This document shows, piece after piece, positions 61,779 to 64,000 of a stretch of DNA of 64,000 bases. The stretch's first letter is position 1, and each line of letters begins with the position of its first letter. Source of the DNA: Lytechinus pictus (taxonomy: Eukaryota). The stretch covers positions 25,482,001 through 25,546,000 of the forward strand of contig NC_087260.1 in assembly GCF_037042905.1 (NCBI RefSeq). The letters run 5' to 3'. The notes below the pieces were generated by a model. That model made no database searches. It was not told where the DNA came from and worked only from the letters and a program-made list of their open reading frames with translations. A program made the translations under genes and the position numbers.

Positions 61779-64000
61779 TTTTGCAGTACCAAGCATCACT
61801 AGTTATGGGACAACGTATCACAGCAAATTATACTTCAAAAAACACTCAATGGCTTATGAGCAGGCAAGCCATTCTTTTCAAAACCAAACAGTGATAAATG
61901 AACAAGACAATAGATGGAGATTGAGTTACTGTGAGATTATCTATTCAGCTGATGTAAACAAAGTGTGATGGAATGGTATGGTAGTATGGAAAAACTCACA
62001 GCAAAAGAAAAAAGTCTAAAGAGATAAAAACAATGCTAGAAAGGGCATGCGAGAGTGACTACAATTACCAATGATCTATGACATGGATTAGAAAATTATA
62101 AAATCATTCAGCTTGTTTGGTCCTTACTCCTTTATGATTGCTTTAGCACAATAAAAGAAATTTGCTAATTAAAAAGAAAAAAAAGATTGATGAAAAGCAG
62201 TAGCATACAATTATATAGCAACAAAATAAACACAATTTATACATAGTATTCATATTGTATATTTACAAATTAAAAATCACTAACCCAACATTTTCATAAA
62301 ATTGGAATCAAATAATCTAACTAAATTAATCTTATCTAAGCCTAGATGTCTTAAAATTCAGAGATTGTCATAGCAATACAATTCATTAATTGCTATATTT
62401 ACAATGTGAATATGAAGAAAAAAATCAAATCTCATTATCATCTTAAAAAAATGGACTCTTCTTTCTAAAAAAAACCTTCCGTCTTTCAGGTTCACATAAT
62501 ATTTTTTAAAAATTCTTGCACAATTTAAACAAAACACATGAAATTATTGAATTAACTTGATTTTTGCTCATCTACGTGTACACTTAAACACTTTTCCTGG
62601 CAATAATTTATTGGAATACTGAAAATTCTAAAAACAGATCTATTGCGAACTTAATTTGGCACTGTAATGTATTTCTAAATTGAAATCCAGTCTTCAGATC
62701 AATACTTTGATACATTATGGTGAATACTTCATGATTTTGTTGAATACTTTGGAAGATATTTCTATGATATACGTTATCATTGTTTGAATACTATGAAAAG
62801 TGAAAGCGAAGTTTCCTGAAAATTGAGACCATTTTATTCATAAAATATTTGTTTCTAATTAATACGATTGTCATTTCCTTTTCTGTTCCAGATCTGGCTT
62901 AAATCATAAACTGGTGTATTTTTTTAAAATGAGAGAACCACTAAACGAAGTACATATAAATTTGATCTTAAAAGATTACATTTAAAAAAAACAAATATTG
63001 AAATCATCTACTCAATTCCAGAAACATTCAGTATAAGGAAACGAATAGAAACCAATTTCAGATATGCTAAAATGGATATTCTCTGTGCCCTATATTTATT
63101 GGACTGTATACTAAATAAGGCTTTTTCAGTTTTGGGAATATTAGATAAATACCAATTAAGGCACTTAAATGAATTATGATCAGAGCTTCTTTCCTCTTAC
63201 TTTTTTTTAAATCTGAATGATCAATGTGAGGTCTTATAGAATAGATTAAAAATAATATAAACAATGCTCCTCTTTTTTTCTAAAAAATTGACATTTTTTT
63301 CAAAATCATATTAAGAGTTTGAACGACACGAAACAAAAAGCAATTTGATATTAACACCCACATAACGCTTGCATCTTAGTTGTAATCTTGTCTTCCTACA
63401 GATCAGCTGAATTTTGGAAACCCAGAACAACATTCAAATCGTTATTCGACATCAGAGCCAGAACACAATTTGAAACAAAATGAGACAGAGAAAAAAAAAT
63501 AAGAAAGGGGCTTTCTAAAGCTTGTTTCCATATACCATGCAATCACCATTCACACAATGTTATATTGGTTAACACTCGTTATTTGGAACATTCGTCATTC
63601 TAAAGATATGATATTTTGAAGGTTCAATATTTCAAAAGTTTGTTGATGCAAAGGTTTGTTAATCCGTGAATGAAATAAGGTTTGATAGTCTGAAAATAAT
63701 GGAAAATGTTTATAGTTCTTTACTTATTTTCATAACAATGAATCTAATTTCATTTTTGGATTATCAGACCTTTGGAATAACAAACATTATTGTATTTTCT
63801 GACTGTAGGAAATTGAACTTTTGAAATAGCAAACTCCTTTTCTCTTCAGATTTAAAATCTTCAGGGTAATGCCATAAATGTTCGGGTTAACAAACCCTTA
63901 TTCATTTTCAACCTTACGATGAAAATTTGGTATATATATGCGATTTGTGATTTTTTTTGGTGAATAACGAACCTCCTGAATAACACATCTTCAGAATAAC

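Overview
AT-rich, intron-rich animal genomic DNA. The repeat complement (CWG-target and TTAA-target MITEs, tRNA-derived SINEs, poly-G tracts) suggests a marine deuterostome such as a sea urchin; this is inference only. Most ORF-track entries are noise, so genes were assembled by hand from GT-AG splice sites with consistent phases. All three transcription units are on the minus strand. (1) The 3' 14 exons of a FARP1/2 orthologue (DH-PH-PH portion, 54066->39292, about 530 aa; the FERM exons lie beyond the right edge), with a probable long 3'UTR. (2) A complete 12-exon SLC2A/GLUT sugar-porter gene (31150->21466, 1503 nt, 500 aa) whose canonical hexose-binding residues are largely replaced, several by Arg/Lys. 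(3) A CpG-rich promoter and first exon at about 12.0 kb of an unidentified gene whose intron probably runs off the left edge. Highlights: two tandem arrays in FARP that duplicate an exon-intron junction (5 x 93 bp around a donor, 3 x ~82 bp around an acceptor), both with a synonymous-biased substitution pattern and an in-frame stop; a three-element nested transposon complex 6 nt from a splice donor; MITE arms with compensatory changes; and strong TACATGTA enrichment that tracks CpG-poor gene bodies. Four N-runs are present. No CRISPR, rRNA or credible functional tRNA gene was found.
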